The notes under the pieces are model-generated. The model ran no database searches and was not told where the DNA came from. It worked only from the letters and a program-made list of their open reading frames with translations. DNA of 51,707 nucleotides, the filler included, from Jimgerdemannia flammicorona (taxonomy: Eukaryota), in NCBI GenBank assembly GCA_003990765.1. It is 2 parts of 2 records of this genome, joined end to end, with 100 filler letters (N's around TTAATTAATTAA, not from the genome) between each part and the next. Parts side by side here need not be neighbours in the genome. Positions count along the whole stretch, not along the records: positions 1 to 25,809 come from RBNJ01000790.1; positions 25,910 to 51,707 come from RBNJ01000791.1. One strand, given 5' to 3'. The translations under genes and the position numbers were made by a program. Shown piece after piece: positions 12,934-25,926 of the stretch; the stretch's first letter is position 1; every line of letters begins with the position of its first letter.

Positions 12934-13426
12934 CAAAAGTACTGCAATGGCACTCAAGATCACTAGTGCTGTCCAAAGAGCCATCGAGAGATAATGGTGC
13001 ACCACCAAGCCTCTGACCATAGAGGAGTCCTATGACAGTATCCAAAGCATTGTACAGGCTCATCTCTCTTGGATCTCACACTTCAAGGCCTATCAGCATC
13101 GAAATTAATTCCAAGAGTACTTTAAACTTGGCCAAGTTCTCAACCAAGACCCAGAAATGACCAAAGAAAATTGGATTGCAGAATGCTAGCTCTCCTATTC
13201 TCAGATCACCATTGCTAAGAGAATCCACAAGCTATTCTGAGAGAATGAATCAGCATTAGCCCACCTGCAAGGAGTGACTCTCTCAGACTTCGACTGAGTC
13301 AGGCAACACTATTGGGAAACAGTAATGCAACAAATCACACAATATAAGACCATACAGACCATTGAAGCTTGGGAGTTTGAATAGATGCTTCAAGGATGAG
13401 ATCATCTATTCAGGAGGAAGTTGTGA
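12923..13426 (+). pseudogene. A1 accessory ORF3 (167 codons, 7 in-frame stops), unknown function
   Basis: ATG overlaps the integrase end and the frame runs into the 3' LTR. FQEYFKLGQVL..IAKRIHKLF*..LAHLQGVTLSDF aligns by eye with the family C LTR ORF. Confidence 0.7.
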
Positions 13427-13855
13427 TGGTATAGCCAGATTTGGAAGAAGGAAATAGGGAACAGACACTTGATCGCACCCAGTCCCAAAGTAGTATAGCC
13501 ACATAGTTAGGCAAAGTGCAAGATCGAACTTCTCAATTTAGTATAGCATTTTGCAACTGGTGAAATATTTCACAAAGTGTTAAATAACTCATAACTTAGC
13601 CATGTAACCCAGTAACTATCTCATAGCTAGCAAACTTGTATAAATAACCCAGTATCTTTGAGTGAATAAACCTTAGATCGAAATAGTTCAAAGCAAAGAG
13701 ATAGCAAAGGAACTAATAAGCCTGTGGGCAGATATACTTCAAACTCACCCATCCTCCCCTGCAACTTCAAGAGACTCTGCGAGAGTCAGAATAGTCAAGT
13801 TTTCAAGATACAGAAATCTGATGTACTTTCAAGAGTAAGCATCCACTATATTACA
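13422..13855 (+). repeat. 3' LTR of A1 (434 bp)
   Basis: tgtgatggtatagcc...ctatattaca, followed by TSD ctgt. Confidence 0.95.
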
Positions 13856-14199
13856 CTGTAGATAAGATTGTCTTTTAAAATAATTTAGCAGATAAATTAA
13901 AGTTTGAAAAAATGATTTTTTGAAATATTGTTTTTTTGTTAAAAATATATCTTAATTTGCTTAAAAAAAAAATTTACTAAAGATAGAATTATTATATAAA
14001 AAATTATTGGTAATTTTTTTTTTTTAAAAACTATTATAATTTTAAAGTTATAAACTTTTAAAATCTTGTCTTGAAATATAGGTACAAAATAGTCAAAGAG
14101 ATATATTATATGGATCTTATTATAGATTAATAAGTAGCATATATCTGACTTAACATATATATGTATCATTAAATTACTCATATTATAGCCAGTATATGT

Positions 14200-14640
14200 A
14201 TGGCTTATATATAGTAAGCTCAATACATGTATAGTGAGCTTATATTGATAAGTAGCATATGTCTGACCAAGCTTTCATCAATATATTATCATGAGAATTA
14301 ATTGTTTATATTATGACCAATATATATAGTAAGCTCAACATATATATAGTAAGTATATATAGTAAGCTCAAGCTCAGTATATATATAGTGAGCATACATT
14401 AATAAGCAATATATATCTGGTCAAGCTTATTTGTATCTACTTATCAATATAAAAGCACCTCTCTTATTCTCTCCACTTTTTCATTCTTATACTTACTCAT
14501 GCTTACACAATTATTATTATATTGTTATATTACACTCATATTTATCACTCATGCTTATTACTCATATTCATACTTATTACTCATACTTACACTCATACTT
14601 ATTGCTCATACTTACACTCATGCTTATTACTCACTATCAT
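14200..14640. repeat. Low-complexity tandem repeats
   Basis: Repeated tatatagt(a/g)agctca and ctcat(a/g)ctta units. Confidence 0.7.
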
Positions 14641-17600
14641 AATATATAAGTCAAACTATTAAAATCTACTCAATCTATCTACTCACTCATATCTACTATT
14701 TAGAAATATAACATCTAATTAAGCTCAAGATATGTTCTCTATGATCTGCTATATTAAACTTCTTAAGAAATACAAAGTCAAAGTATTCTGATCAGAAGAG
14801 AATGATCAAGCTTGAGCTTCTCAGATATATAATTGTTGTTAATATGTAGTCAAATGAGGAGGAATAAGAAAATACCCTCAAGAAGATATCTGAATATATG
14901 GGTTTTGACTTAGAAGTGATGATTGCAAAATACAGTAAGATATATATTGAATTATTACTATATATTTATCTCTTTCTTATTTTATTTAATTATCTTTCAT
15001 TCATAAATTATAGTTTGACTAAGCAATATGAGGAGACAGATTTTTGAAGTTGTCAAATCCAATCTTTTCTCCAAATTTACTTCTATTCTTTTAAATATTT
15101 TCAACCTTAATAAGAACTATTAATTCAGATAGTTAATACTTAACTCTGATAAGATGCTTATGGCTTATGAAAAATACAACCCTAAGTTCAACCTTTCAAT
15201 AAATTAAATTGATAGAACATTTGACCTCAATGCTGCTTAATAAGTGAAGTTCAAGAAGTATACAATTAATCAGATCTATACAGGCTCTACTTCAAAGAAA
15301 TAATTTAGATTATATCATAGGTTGAAGAGGTTACAAAGTTTAGTCCAAATATATCAACTAAAGACATTAGATAGAAGAATAGTAGCTTTTGCTATTATCA
15401 TGATAAATTTATATGATATTAATATTTTTCACTTATAGATTATAGAATCTAATTATATTTTATTTATTTTGGATATATATTGCTATCATAAGATCAAAGT
15501 TCAAAAAACTAATTTGGAAGGCTTAGTATGAGAATATTCTTACAATAATCAATAGAGTTGACTTGCAGAAAATATACTAATAATTGGATATAGCCTGGAC
15601 TACTATAATTAAAACATAAGAAAAGTTTAGAGATGGAGAAATATTAGGTCTAAGTGAAGAAGATCATAAGTATATTTTTGCATTATATCTATCAAAATAA
15701 ATTTTATATGAATAATTAACAGCTTATATAGTTTTAAATAATTAGATACTCTCTGAATTCTGAAAAAATATAAATAATACTATATGAATAATTAGATTCC
15801 CTCTAAATTCTAAAAAAAAAATGTAAATAATAATATATAAATAATAATATTATAATTTATATAAATATAAATATATACTTCTAAATGGCGATTTTATATT
15901 TCATTTCTCAGAATAAATATGATATATTAGAAATTAGTAAAAATAAGCTATTCTTTAGCTTAAATTTGCTATTTATTAGTATATTCAGCTGATTTTTATC
16001 AAATTTAAATTTAAATTACTTACTAATATAATCTATGAATATATTTATTTAAAAAGGAGATTCTTTAGTACTATTAATAAATGGTTTATAAGGCTTTATA
16101 TAAAGATCTCTAGAAGTATGATAGATATTATTTGTGCTAACCATATACTATACATATTATAATAGTCAAACTATCAAACTCAATACTCCATCTACTCCAA
16201 ATATACAACTGTTGAATATCCTATTTTGGACTTATATAATGATACTAGTACTGTCATCCATCTTTTTAAAAAGAGTGAGTATTATAAAGATATTACTTTA
16301 TATAATCTGTATTATATAAATCACTCTCAAATCAATCCTTAAATATTAGATAAAACAAAGAATCATATATATAAATATGATTATACTTATTAACTTTGGT
16401 AAAAAGTATATCTGGCAAATTACTATAGTGGACTTTTTAGTTCAAATAGGTATGAATTGAACATATGTACTTTATGTAATCATTATAATATAAATAAAAT
16501 AGTTATATTCCTTTAGATACATGATAGAGATTATTAGTTCAAATGAAATAGAGTTATCAAAATTAAAGTTAATAAGTGAAACTTACCACTAATTTGATGG
16601 GTTTTGTGAAAATCTAATGTTAAGATAATTTGTATTCTATCTAATATATATATATTTAATATATCTCTATTATATCTGCAAAGCTTCATTACTATATAAA
16701 AGATAAAGAAATATAAATAAATAAATACACTATGATATATTAATAATAATATATATTTGACTGATATTAAAAAAAATAAATAAAAATATTTATATATTAT
16801 CTAGCTCCAATTATATCTTTTATTTGACAAAGTATATGAAGAGCTTTTATATCATTACTTGTCAATACTCAAACAAATTCAATATTATTACTTATTTGTA
16901 TCTTATACTTATATAGACTCTATATATATCTACTGACTTTTGTAAATAATAATCCATTTCTTCTCTATATAGTATCACATAGTAGTCGCTGAGTCCTTCA
17001 AATATATCAGATTCTCCAAGGTATATCTCTTAGACTAACCTCAAGTTTGTTATAAGTAAGTTCTTATTAGAGTATCTTCCCAAGGTCTTATAGTTCTCAA
17101 ACTTCTTATCTTTAAACTATCTTGTTATCTTTTAGATTACTTATGTGGAATTAAGGGTAAATAAACTGGAACTGACTTTATTTCAAAGAAAATAAGAGAG
17201 GTATTTATACAAAATATAATTCAATAGTTTGCTAAGTTATAAAGCTAAATATAAATTCTAATAACTAAATAAAATACTGGAATACAGAAAACTATGGTTG
17301 TAAGTATAAGTTTAAGTATCTATATAAATAGTTGTATAAGTTCAGAATATCAGCAGAATTTTAGTGGTATAGAAAAAGAATATCAGAAGAATTTCTGAGT
17401 TATGTAAGATCAGAATGCCAGAAGAATAATAGTTATATAGGAAAAGAATACTAGTAGAATCTGGTATTACTAAGAACTTAGAGCAAAAAGTTCAGGACTA
17501 TAGGGGCTTTATCTTCATTACTATCATTAAGGCTAGAGGTTGGAGATAAGATGTCTTCGAAGGAGATGAGGTCTACAAACAATTTATCTGTTTTATATGT

Positions 17601-19668
17601 GTCATGTATTTTGCATATATTGCACATTTTGCATAGGATGATATTATTGCCAATGATGTCATTATGGGTGATATTATCTCATTTAGTTAGGGGGAAAGCA
17701 AGGAGATCTAGGGCTCTTCAATCTATAAGATTCTCTTTCATAAAATAAGGGACAAATGTGGGGTCTTAGAGAGATCTAACTTAGATGCTGGGGCCTTTAA
17801 ATGCTGAGATCAATCCTTGTAGGAATTGATCAAGATTGTCTTTGAAGATAGGGTTCCAGAACTCTCCTATCTTATTACTGTTGAGGATGATAGTAGACTA
17901 GACTTCTGTGACCACTATGGCCTCCAGTATATTGATACAGCAGACTGATAGTTTCTTGAAGTCTGAGGTTCTAGTATACTCCAAGTTGGGAATTGATCAT
18001 AGTATATACCTGAAGATCTGATGGATCTTCTTGGCTATTCTTATTTTGTATATATCTATGAGAGTAGCATTTTATATTTATTAGTAACTGGCCTGAGAGA
18101 ACTTCCAGTAGAGGAGATTTTCTATTTCATACTCCTGCCACATCTAGAGGTATTTTGTAATAATTTCACAGTCATATTTAGTCTTAGTATATTTTTCACA
18201 TCTTTTAGTCAGTCTTTTCTTATTATTTCTTGAATATTCTACTATGTTCTGTTATCTTCTACTTGCTTAGAAATCTTCTCTCAGTACCCAGATACCACTA
18301 GAACATTCTTGTCTTTCTTTGGTGCCAAGTATCTTATCTTAACTAGTCATAGAATCTTTTGGAACATTGTAGAATAGTATTAGTCAGCTTTGCTGAGAAT
18401 CTATTTCTTGGTATTTCTCTTTCTTTCCAAGATCCTTCCAGATCTTTCTTTCAGATCATGTATAAATATCCTTGTTCTCTGCCTGAATAAAGCTCAGAAT
18501 ATTTTCTCCTAGAAATCTTTTGAGAACACTTGAACCTTTAAGTATCTCTTCAAGCTACTTTAAACCAACTAGAACTTCCAGATTTAGCCACTTCCTCTTA
18601 AAGAAACTAGAACTATTACACTTGGTAGCAGTGGTGTTATTATACCTTGCCTTATTAAGAAACCTCACACAAATTCGGAAACCAGTCACAACTAGTCACA
18701 TAAACCCGAAATGAGCCACGAAGAGACAGTTTATTAGCCAGACCCCTCTGCTACAGAAGAAGTAGAAGGATTGCAGCTTAACATAGAAGATATGATTAAT
18801 GCTAATTCAAGAACTGCAAGCACAACTAAAAATACAAACTATGGGAACATCAAATCCTACTATAGCACTAGTTAGTTTCAAGTCACTCAAGCCAGATACC
18901 TTTGATGGCCATCAAGGAGAACTATCTATAGATGCATGGACCTTTCAGTTGGACCAATACTTCAAACTCACAAGAATGGAAGATAATATGTAAGTCCAAT
19001 TTGCCACCACACTTCTCCAAGGAAATGCAGCTATCTGGTGGCACAATTATATTATGGTTATATCTGTATACTCATATGTATGAATCAGAGATTGGGAAGC
19101 TTTCAAGAGAGCCCTTCACAAGCAGTTCAAGCCTGCTAATGCCACCAAGCTAACCAGGGATAAGCTAGTAAATATCAAGTAACTCAAGTCTATATAAAGC
19201 TACAATGCACAATTCTTGTCAATCCTACTTGAGCTACCAGTAGTATTTAAGGATAAAAAGATAGACTGCTATGTCCGAGGTCTGAAGAAAAACACATAAG
19301 TCAAGATCAAGCTAGAAGAGCCCAAAACTCTTAATGAAGTCATAAGAATTACTAATAAATTTGATATCATTATCTTTGGCAACCACTTTGAACCAGAATG
19401 CCACAAAAAGAACCACTTCAAGAACTGCTACAGAAACCAACCAAGGACAGTTGGCCTGGCACCAATGGACTTAGATACTATGAACAAAAAGAACACCAAG
19501 CTCACCCCTGAAGAAAAGGACTATCTGAAGAAATCTGGAGCTTATTTCTTCTATTGCCAAACAGGACACATTGCAACAAAATGTCCTAGGAAGACTAGCA
19601 AATCCTTACGACCAGTCACTGTGTTGTCCAAGGACACATCTGTCAATCCCACTATCAGTCAACTTGAG

Positions 19669-20079
19669 CTTAAGGTCAAGAAGCTTTATCTGAAGGCCCA
19701 GGTCTCTCAATATCAAACAGAAGGAGCCATTGATCTTGACCTACACTCAGTCAAACAAGTCACTATTTCAGTCAAGGGCTATACTCTGATACCTACTGAA
19801 ATTTCAGTTCAATACCCTGAAGAATATTATACTAGAATTGTACTGTGATCAGGACTCAGTATCAAACATCATTTGGATATAAGTACTAGTATCATTGATC
19901 CAGACTTTTGAGAATAAGTTCAAGTCTTGCTTATCAATCAGAAGGATCAAGACTATACAGTTAAAGAAGAAGACTGAGTTATGCAAATGATTCTGGAAAG
20001 AGCCAGTCAACTCAAGATTACAGAAGTCCAAGAACTCTCTGAAACCAAATGAGATCAAAAGAGTTTCAGTAGTACTGAT
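19669..20079 (+). other. dUTPase domain of family B, between the gag zinc knuckle and protease
   Basis: LKVKKL..GAIDLDL..*SGLS..SIIDPDF*E*V..ED*VMQM..TK*DQKSFSSTD are degenerate versions of AGxDL, RSG, GVIDxDFRG, GDRIAQ and RGxxGFGSTG, in frame with gag and PR. Confidence 0.85.
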
Positions 20080-23000
20080 CAAGCAGCAAGTCTTAGTGAT
20101 AATCAAGCTCAAGCTATACTCATTTTCAAAGGACTAGTTAAAGGAAAAGAAGTTCAAGTACTTATAGATAGTGAAGCTACAAAGAACTTCATTAATCAGA
20201 ATCTCATCAAAAGCCTCAAGATCCTCACCAAGTCTATACTTAAAAATAACAGTATAGTCACTGCAGACAGTACTCTACACTCCATTGAGTCAATTGCCAC
20301 CAAACTGCCCATCAAGATCCAGAAATATTGGGAATGAGTAGACTTTGAAGTTGTATCACTAGGAGATCATGACTTGATCTTAAGAAAACTCTGACTCATG
20401 AAACATAATCCAGATATTGATCAGTATAAGAATGAAGTCACTCTACTTCAAGATGGAGCCAACATTACTATCAAGACAGACAAGACCACAAGTAAGACCC
20501 AGATTGCAACACTGTCAGCTATACAGTCCAAGAAAGTACTCAAGAAGACAATACATGCCTTTATTGTAATGATCCACCCCAAGAAACAAGACAAGAGACT
20601 ATCAGTCAATAAAAGCATCAAGCTATTGCTAGAGGAATTCAAAGATGTCTTTTCAGACAAGCTACCTAGTCTACCACCTATACGAGAAGTTGATTATGAA
20701 ATTGAACTGACCCCCAGAGCTATACCACTTAAGAAACACATATACTGTATGTCATCACTTAAAATTGAAGCAGTTAAGAAGGAACTAGAAGAACTACTTG
20801 CACAAGGAGCCATTCAGCCAAGCAAATCTCCTTATGGCTCATCAGTCTTATTTATCAAGAAGAAGGATGATACTTTGTAAATATATATAGACTATTATAC
20901 ACTCAACAAACTCACTATCAAGAACCACTATCTACTACTCTTGATTGATCAAATATTTGATGCTCTCAAGAATGCCAAGTACTTCACCAAGTTAGACCTC
21001 ATGTCAGGATACCACCAGATCTGAATCAAGCCAGAAGACATTCTCAAGACTGTATTTATAACCCCCTTTGGACTCTACAAATTCCTGGTCTTAGCATTTG
21101 GTCTCACCAATGCACTTGCCACATTCTAGACTCTGATGAACAAGATATTTAAGGACCAACTATTTATTTTCCTATTGATATATCTTGATAACATTCTGAT
21201 CTTTAGTGCAACTAAAGAAGAATACCTTAAACATATTCAAATAGTTCTGGAGATCCTGCAAAAACACAAGCTTTATACCAAGCTCAAGAAGTGTAAATTC
21301 TTCAAGGAACAAGTTGAATACCTTGGCCACATTGTCTCTGTACAAGGAATTCAAGTAGACCCATACAAGATAGAAGTAATTGAAGAATGGCTCATTCTGT
21401 TGAACCTCATAGAACTCCAATCCTTCCTTGGTCTAGCTGGCTATTACCACCACTTTGTCAGAAACTTCTCTGGCATTGCCAAGCCACTGACTAACCTCAT
21501 GAGGAAGGCCCCATACTCAGACCACTATATATCTTATACATACCTGGGACCTCTTCTGTCAACAAGCCTTTCAAGAACTCAAGAACTATCTGACTCATGC
21601 TCTAGTTCTACATAATGCAGATCAAGGCCTAAAATTCATAGTTACTACTGATGTATCAAAATTTGCCATTAGAGCAGTCCTATTACAAGATAATGGCAAA
21701 GAATATCACCTTATTGCTTTTGAGTCCCACAAGCTGGCCCTAGCTGAACAAAAGCTAGCTACTTATAAGAAGGAACTGCTAGCAATAATACATGTACTAG
21801 ATTACTGGCAATGCTATCTAGAAGGTGTTGAGTTTAATGTCATTACTGATCATCAATCTCTCAAGTATATTAACACCCAACCTACTCTATTATGTCTATA
21901 AGCTAAGTAGAGCCTCAAGCTTCAAACCTTCAATCTGACAATCATCTATAAGTCTGGCAAGACACTTATAATACCAGATGCCTTATCAAGATACCCAGAC
22001 CTCATCACAATTATGCAAGTCACCTTGGCATTAGAATTTCTAGACCAAATCAGGCAAGCTTATAAAGAAGATACAGTTGCCACTAGAGTTTTTTCAAATG
22101 AACTCAAGGATATATATACTATTGAGAACAATCTGATCTATCATCAAGACAAAGTCTACCTACCTAAAAACATAAACCTATGCTATAAGGTTTTGCAAGA
22201 ACACTATGATTCCCCTCTTGCTGGTCACCTGGGAATTGAAAAGACCATCAAGAACATCCAATGATGCTATTATTGGTCAAATATAATTAAGGAAATCAAG
22301 AACTATGTTGCTAGCTATGATCTATATCAGCACAATAAGTCTACCAACCAAGCATCTGCCAGTTTGCTATAACTACTGCCAATTTCTACCAAGAAGTTCG
22401 AGTAAGTCACTATGGACTTTATAACTCAACTACTATAAACTCAAGCTGGTGCTGATACTATCATCATATTTATTGACTACCTGACCAAGACTATGATTGC
22501 TGAACCAACCACTACCAATGCTACTGCACTCAAGATTGCAAGAATCTTTTTCAAGTCTATCTTCTATCACTATGGTCTACTATGAGTAATTATTGGCAAT
22601 CATGACCCCAAGTTCACCAGCTACTTCTGGAAAACCCTCTTCAAGACTCTGGGAACTTAATTGGCTATGTCTACTGCCTTTCACCCACAAACTGATGAAC
22701 AAACTGAGTACATGAACAGAACTCTAGAACAAATGCTTAGAAACTATGTTTCTTATAAGCAAGATGATTGGGACATCTATTTGACTTATATAGAGTTTGT
22801 ATATAACAATGCTGTCCAATTATCTACTGGTCTTTCTCCTTTTCAGTTACTCCATGATCAAGATCCCAAGACTCCTGCAAGTCTATTCCCTTTCAAGAAA
22901 ACCAGTCAAATATAAGTCTCAACTGCTAAGAACCTTACAGACAAAATGGGCAAACTACTCAAGATTGCTACCATGAATCTTCAGAAGGCTTAATAGCATC

Positions 23001-23311
23001 AAGTCAAGTATACTGACAAGAAATGCTGTGATGTCATCTATACTATTGGAGATCAAGTCTTACTATCTACTGAGAACCTCAAGATATAATCTCAAGTCAA
23101 CCACTCTTTGAATAAGTTCCAACCCAAGTATATTAAATCTTTCGAGATCACTGAACAAGTCTCTGCATCTTTCTATCACCTCAAGCTACCTGAAATCATG
23201 AGAGTATACCCAGCCTTTTATATATCACACCTCAAGACCTGAAACCAGTCACCACCCTACTCTGGTCAAATTTCTAAGCCTTCTGCCCCTGTAATTATTA
23301 AAGATTATATT

Positions 23312-23460
23312 GAGTATAAAGCTGAGAAAATTCTTGACAAATAAATCTGTTACTACCATTCTGAATATCTAGTCAAGTGGATGGATTACTCTGAATATAA
23401 TGCTACCTAGAAACCACTGGTTAATCTTAAGAACTCTCAAGATCTAGTTCAAGACTTTGA
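23312..23460 (+). other. Chromodomain at the integrase C-terminus of B1
   Basis: EYKAEKILDK..EYLVKWMDYSEYNAT*KPLVNL. Confidence 0.9.
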
Positions 23461-24771
23461 GGTAAAATACATTGCCTAATCTCTATAGTGACTTTCTTAG
23501 ATTATTGATGACCTATAGCAATGACCAGTGTCTTATACATTGGAAGTTTACTTTGGAACTCCAGAATCAGTAGAACATTTAATAAACAAAAAGTCTATTG
23601 AAATGAAGCTACTAGCTGGATTTAAATTCCTCCCAGTTGGTTAGTCTAGTAATAGGCCCTCTGTCCTATATAAGGATAATCAATTCTCACTAATACACCG
23701 ATTCAAGTTTGAGAAATTTTGGTTAAGTATATCTAGTCTTGTGTTACCTAAAAATTCAATAAGGACATTGGTTCTTAAAGAGGGAGAGATGTGTAATAAT
23801 TTCACAGTTATATTTAGTCTTAGTATATTTTTTACATCTTTTAGTCAGTCTTCTTTTGTTATTTCTTGAATATTCTACTATGTTCCATCATCTTCTACTT
23901 GCTTAGAAACCTTCTCTTGGTGCCCAGACACTACTAGAACATTCTTGTCTTTCCTTAGCACTAAGTATCTTGTCTTAGCTAGTTATGGAACCTTTTGGAA
24001 CATTGTAAATATTCTTATTCTCTACCTGAATAAAGCTCAGAATATTTTCTCTCAGAAATCCTTCAAGAACACTTGAACCTTTAAGTATCTCTTTGAACTA
24101 CTTTAGGCTAACTAGAACTTCCAGATTTAGCTACTTCCTCTTAAAGAAACTAGAACTGTTATATATTTAGTAGTAATAGTGATCCTTGTTTTCATTTTAT
24201 GGTGGTAGAGAATATAATTATAGGGGTCACCAGTATCCAGGTTAAGACTAAGAGTCCTTCTTGTACAGGTTCTCATAGCTCTTCTGATGTCTTAGAATAT
24301 TCTTTCCTAAACTATAGGGCCTTAGTAATTCCTGGACCTTGAGGTTTGATGAGCAATAGGCATTTATTTATAGTAAGTCATTAGAACTATTTCAGTAAGC
24401 TTATTTAGGCTATTGCTACTGTGGTTTCTTGATCTTTCTTTTATATTCCTCAAGATATCTGTCTTGTGGTCACAATGACTCATAGTTGGTCATAATTACT
24501 CATCTTATAGCCTGGATGAGTCATGCTATATGATCTTCTTATACTCTAATCTGATGGCTTATAAGGAAAGGCTGTCTTCTATGCTGATGTCATCATTCTG
24601 AGGTCACTATTATATCTTTCTCCTGAATAAGGATCTTCTCTTAAATGTTCTTATTCATTGGTCCAATCTAAAAAATTTGCTAATCTCATAATCTCTAACA
24701 GGAGATTGAAAAGTGATATTTATAGGCTGATATCTTCTCTATATATTTTGGCATGATGGTGAAGGGTTGCT

Positions 24772-25809
24772 CTCCAGCGCTCCTTTCTCTGCTACCTTAC
24801 CGGTCACAAGGTTTGGTAGGCGACCTTCCGAGTCCCCTTTCCCCTATTATTACCCCCTCTACCTCGGGTTGGTTTGCTGTGCCTGCAGGGGCATGGTGGG
24901 AGGAGGGCAATGGTGATGAGTTGCCCCTTTATCGGTGTCGGATCGGTGTCTTCTCCACTTTTTCGTGGTTTCTGGTGTCTTCGGCTGCATCTGGAGTGCA
25001 TCCGTTTTAGTGCGGTGCCTTCTTCCTTTTACCATCGTCAACAAGGTGCTGTCTCGGTGTGTCTCGGGCTACGTAGGAAGTCAGCCAACCTTGGGCGTCA
25101 AGTGCTCAGTATAGGTTACCTGCAGGTCCTCGGTGCCTGTGGTGGGGCCCTCTGGCTTTGGCGAGCTTCCCGGCGAGTGCAGTTCTGGTGTAGGTGACTG
25201 CTTTTCGGGTGATGTCGGGATGGGAGGGGAGATGGCCATCACAGATAGGAGGAAGGGCGATTACGGTGAACCAGTGGGGTACCAGGCTGGGGGCGGTCAT
25301 CGGGGCTGGGGTGGACAATATTTCGGTGGGGTCTTTCGATTGGCTGGTGGGGGGTGGGGTGGTGCAGGGGCCGGCATCCTGGCTGTACCCAACTGGAACC
25401 AGGAGCTGACGCGGCAACACGATCGAGGCCCACAGGCTTGGGGAGTGGGACCTTCCTCATTTGGCAGTACCCAACTGGAACCGGGAGCTGACACGGTAAT
25501 GTGATCGAGGCCCGCAGGCTCGGGGAGTGGGAGTGGGGTCTTTTTAGACCCTAGCCCATGTGTAAGTCCTTTGGGGAAGGTGCTGTGTGTAAGTCCTTTA
25601 CTCACCTGCTTTGAATCTACTTTGCTCTCTGTTGGTTGGTTGGGGGGTTTTTTCTTTGCCTCGGGCTTTCTTTTGGGGTTCGGGGGGCTATTCTTTATTC
25701 AGTCCCGGTGCTGCTAGATCCGACGTGTAGGTGTGCTCTCGCGTGTAAACGATGATCCAGCCCTGGTGAGCAGACAAGTCTAGTCTATGTCGTTGGAGTC
25801 GACGTAGCC
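24772..25809. other. GC- and CpG-rich unassigned segment with an 82-bp-period duplication (25385-25450 / 25467-25532)
   Basis: Abrupt compositional change at ~24772; no recognisable protein domain in any frame. Confidence 0.6.
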
Positions 25810-25909
25810 NNNNNNNNNNNNNNNNNNNNNNNNNNNNNNNNNNNNNNNNNNNNTTAATTAATTAANNNNNNNNNNNNNNNNNNNNNNNNNNNNNNNNNNN
25901 NNNNNNNNN
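25810..25909. other. Artificial assembly linker: N44-TTAATTAATTAA-N44
   Basis: 100-bp spacer carrying a six-frame stop cassette at 25854-25865. Confidence 0.97.
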
Positions 25910-25926
25910 AAAAAAAAAAAAAAAAA

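Larger units (their letters stand above)
7176..13855 (+). mobile_element. Full-length Ty3/gypsy LTR retrotransposon, family A (copy A1), inactive
   Basis: TG..CA LTRs at 7176-7642 and 13422-13855, 4-bp TSD CTGT, PBS-like tggtgcccattgg at 7646, PPT aggaggaag at 13412-13420, domain order gag-PR-dUT-RT-RH-INT. Confidence 0.97.
18711..23479 (+). pseudogene. B1 gag-dUTPase-protease-RT-RNase H-integrase-chromodomain polyprotein, degenerate
   Basis: KPDTFDG..LQGNAAIWW (gag), CQTGHIATKCP, LIDSEAT (from DSGAT), [33 protein letters not shown]. Frame is constant from 18799 to ~21500. Confidence 0.93.
18156..24163 (+). mobile_element. Full-length Ty3/gypsy chromovirus, family B (copy B1), inactive
   Basis: LTRs at 18156-18620 and 23792-24163 (the 3' LTR has a ~93-bp deletion), 5-bp TSD TATTT, initiator-Met-like PBS tggtagcag at 18623, PPT aaagagggagaga at 23777-23789. 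Confidence 0.96.
16973..24771 (-). mobile_element. Family C 3' end (copy C1): ~1.63-kb LTR at 24614-16973 split by element B1, plus ~155 bp of internal sequence
   Basis: Reverse-complement match to 26881-28632; PPT aggagaaaga directly before the LTR start; the uninterrupted target site is visible at 27481-27510 and 51481-51510. Confidence 0.88.

Noticed and set aside
12923..13426. ORF3 as an env gene
   Set aside because: No signal peptide, TM segment or furin-like site, and too short.
14640..16970. Very AT-rich stretch as a degenerate DNA transposon
   Set aside because: Probably a TE relic, but I could not identify termini or transposase motifs.
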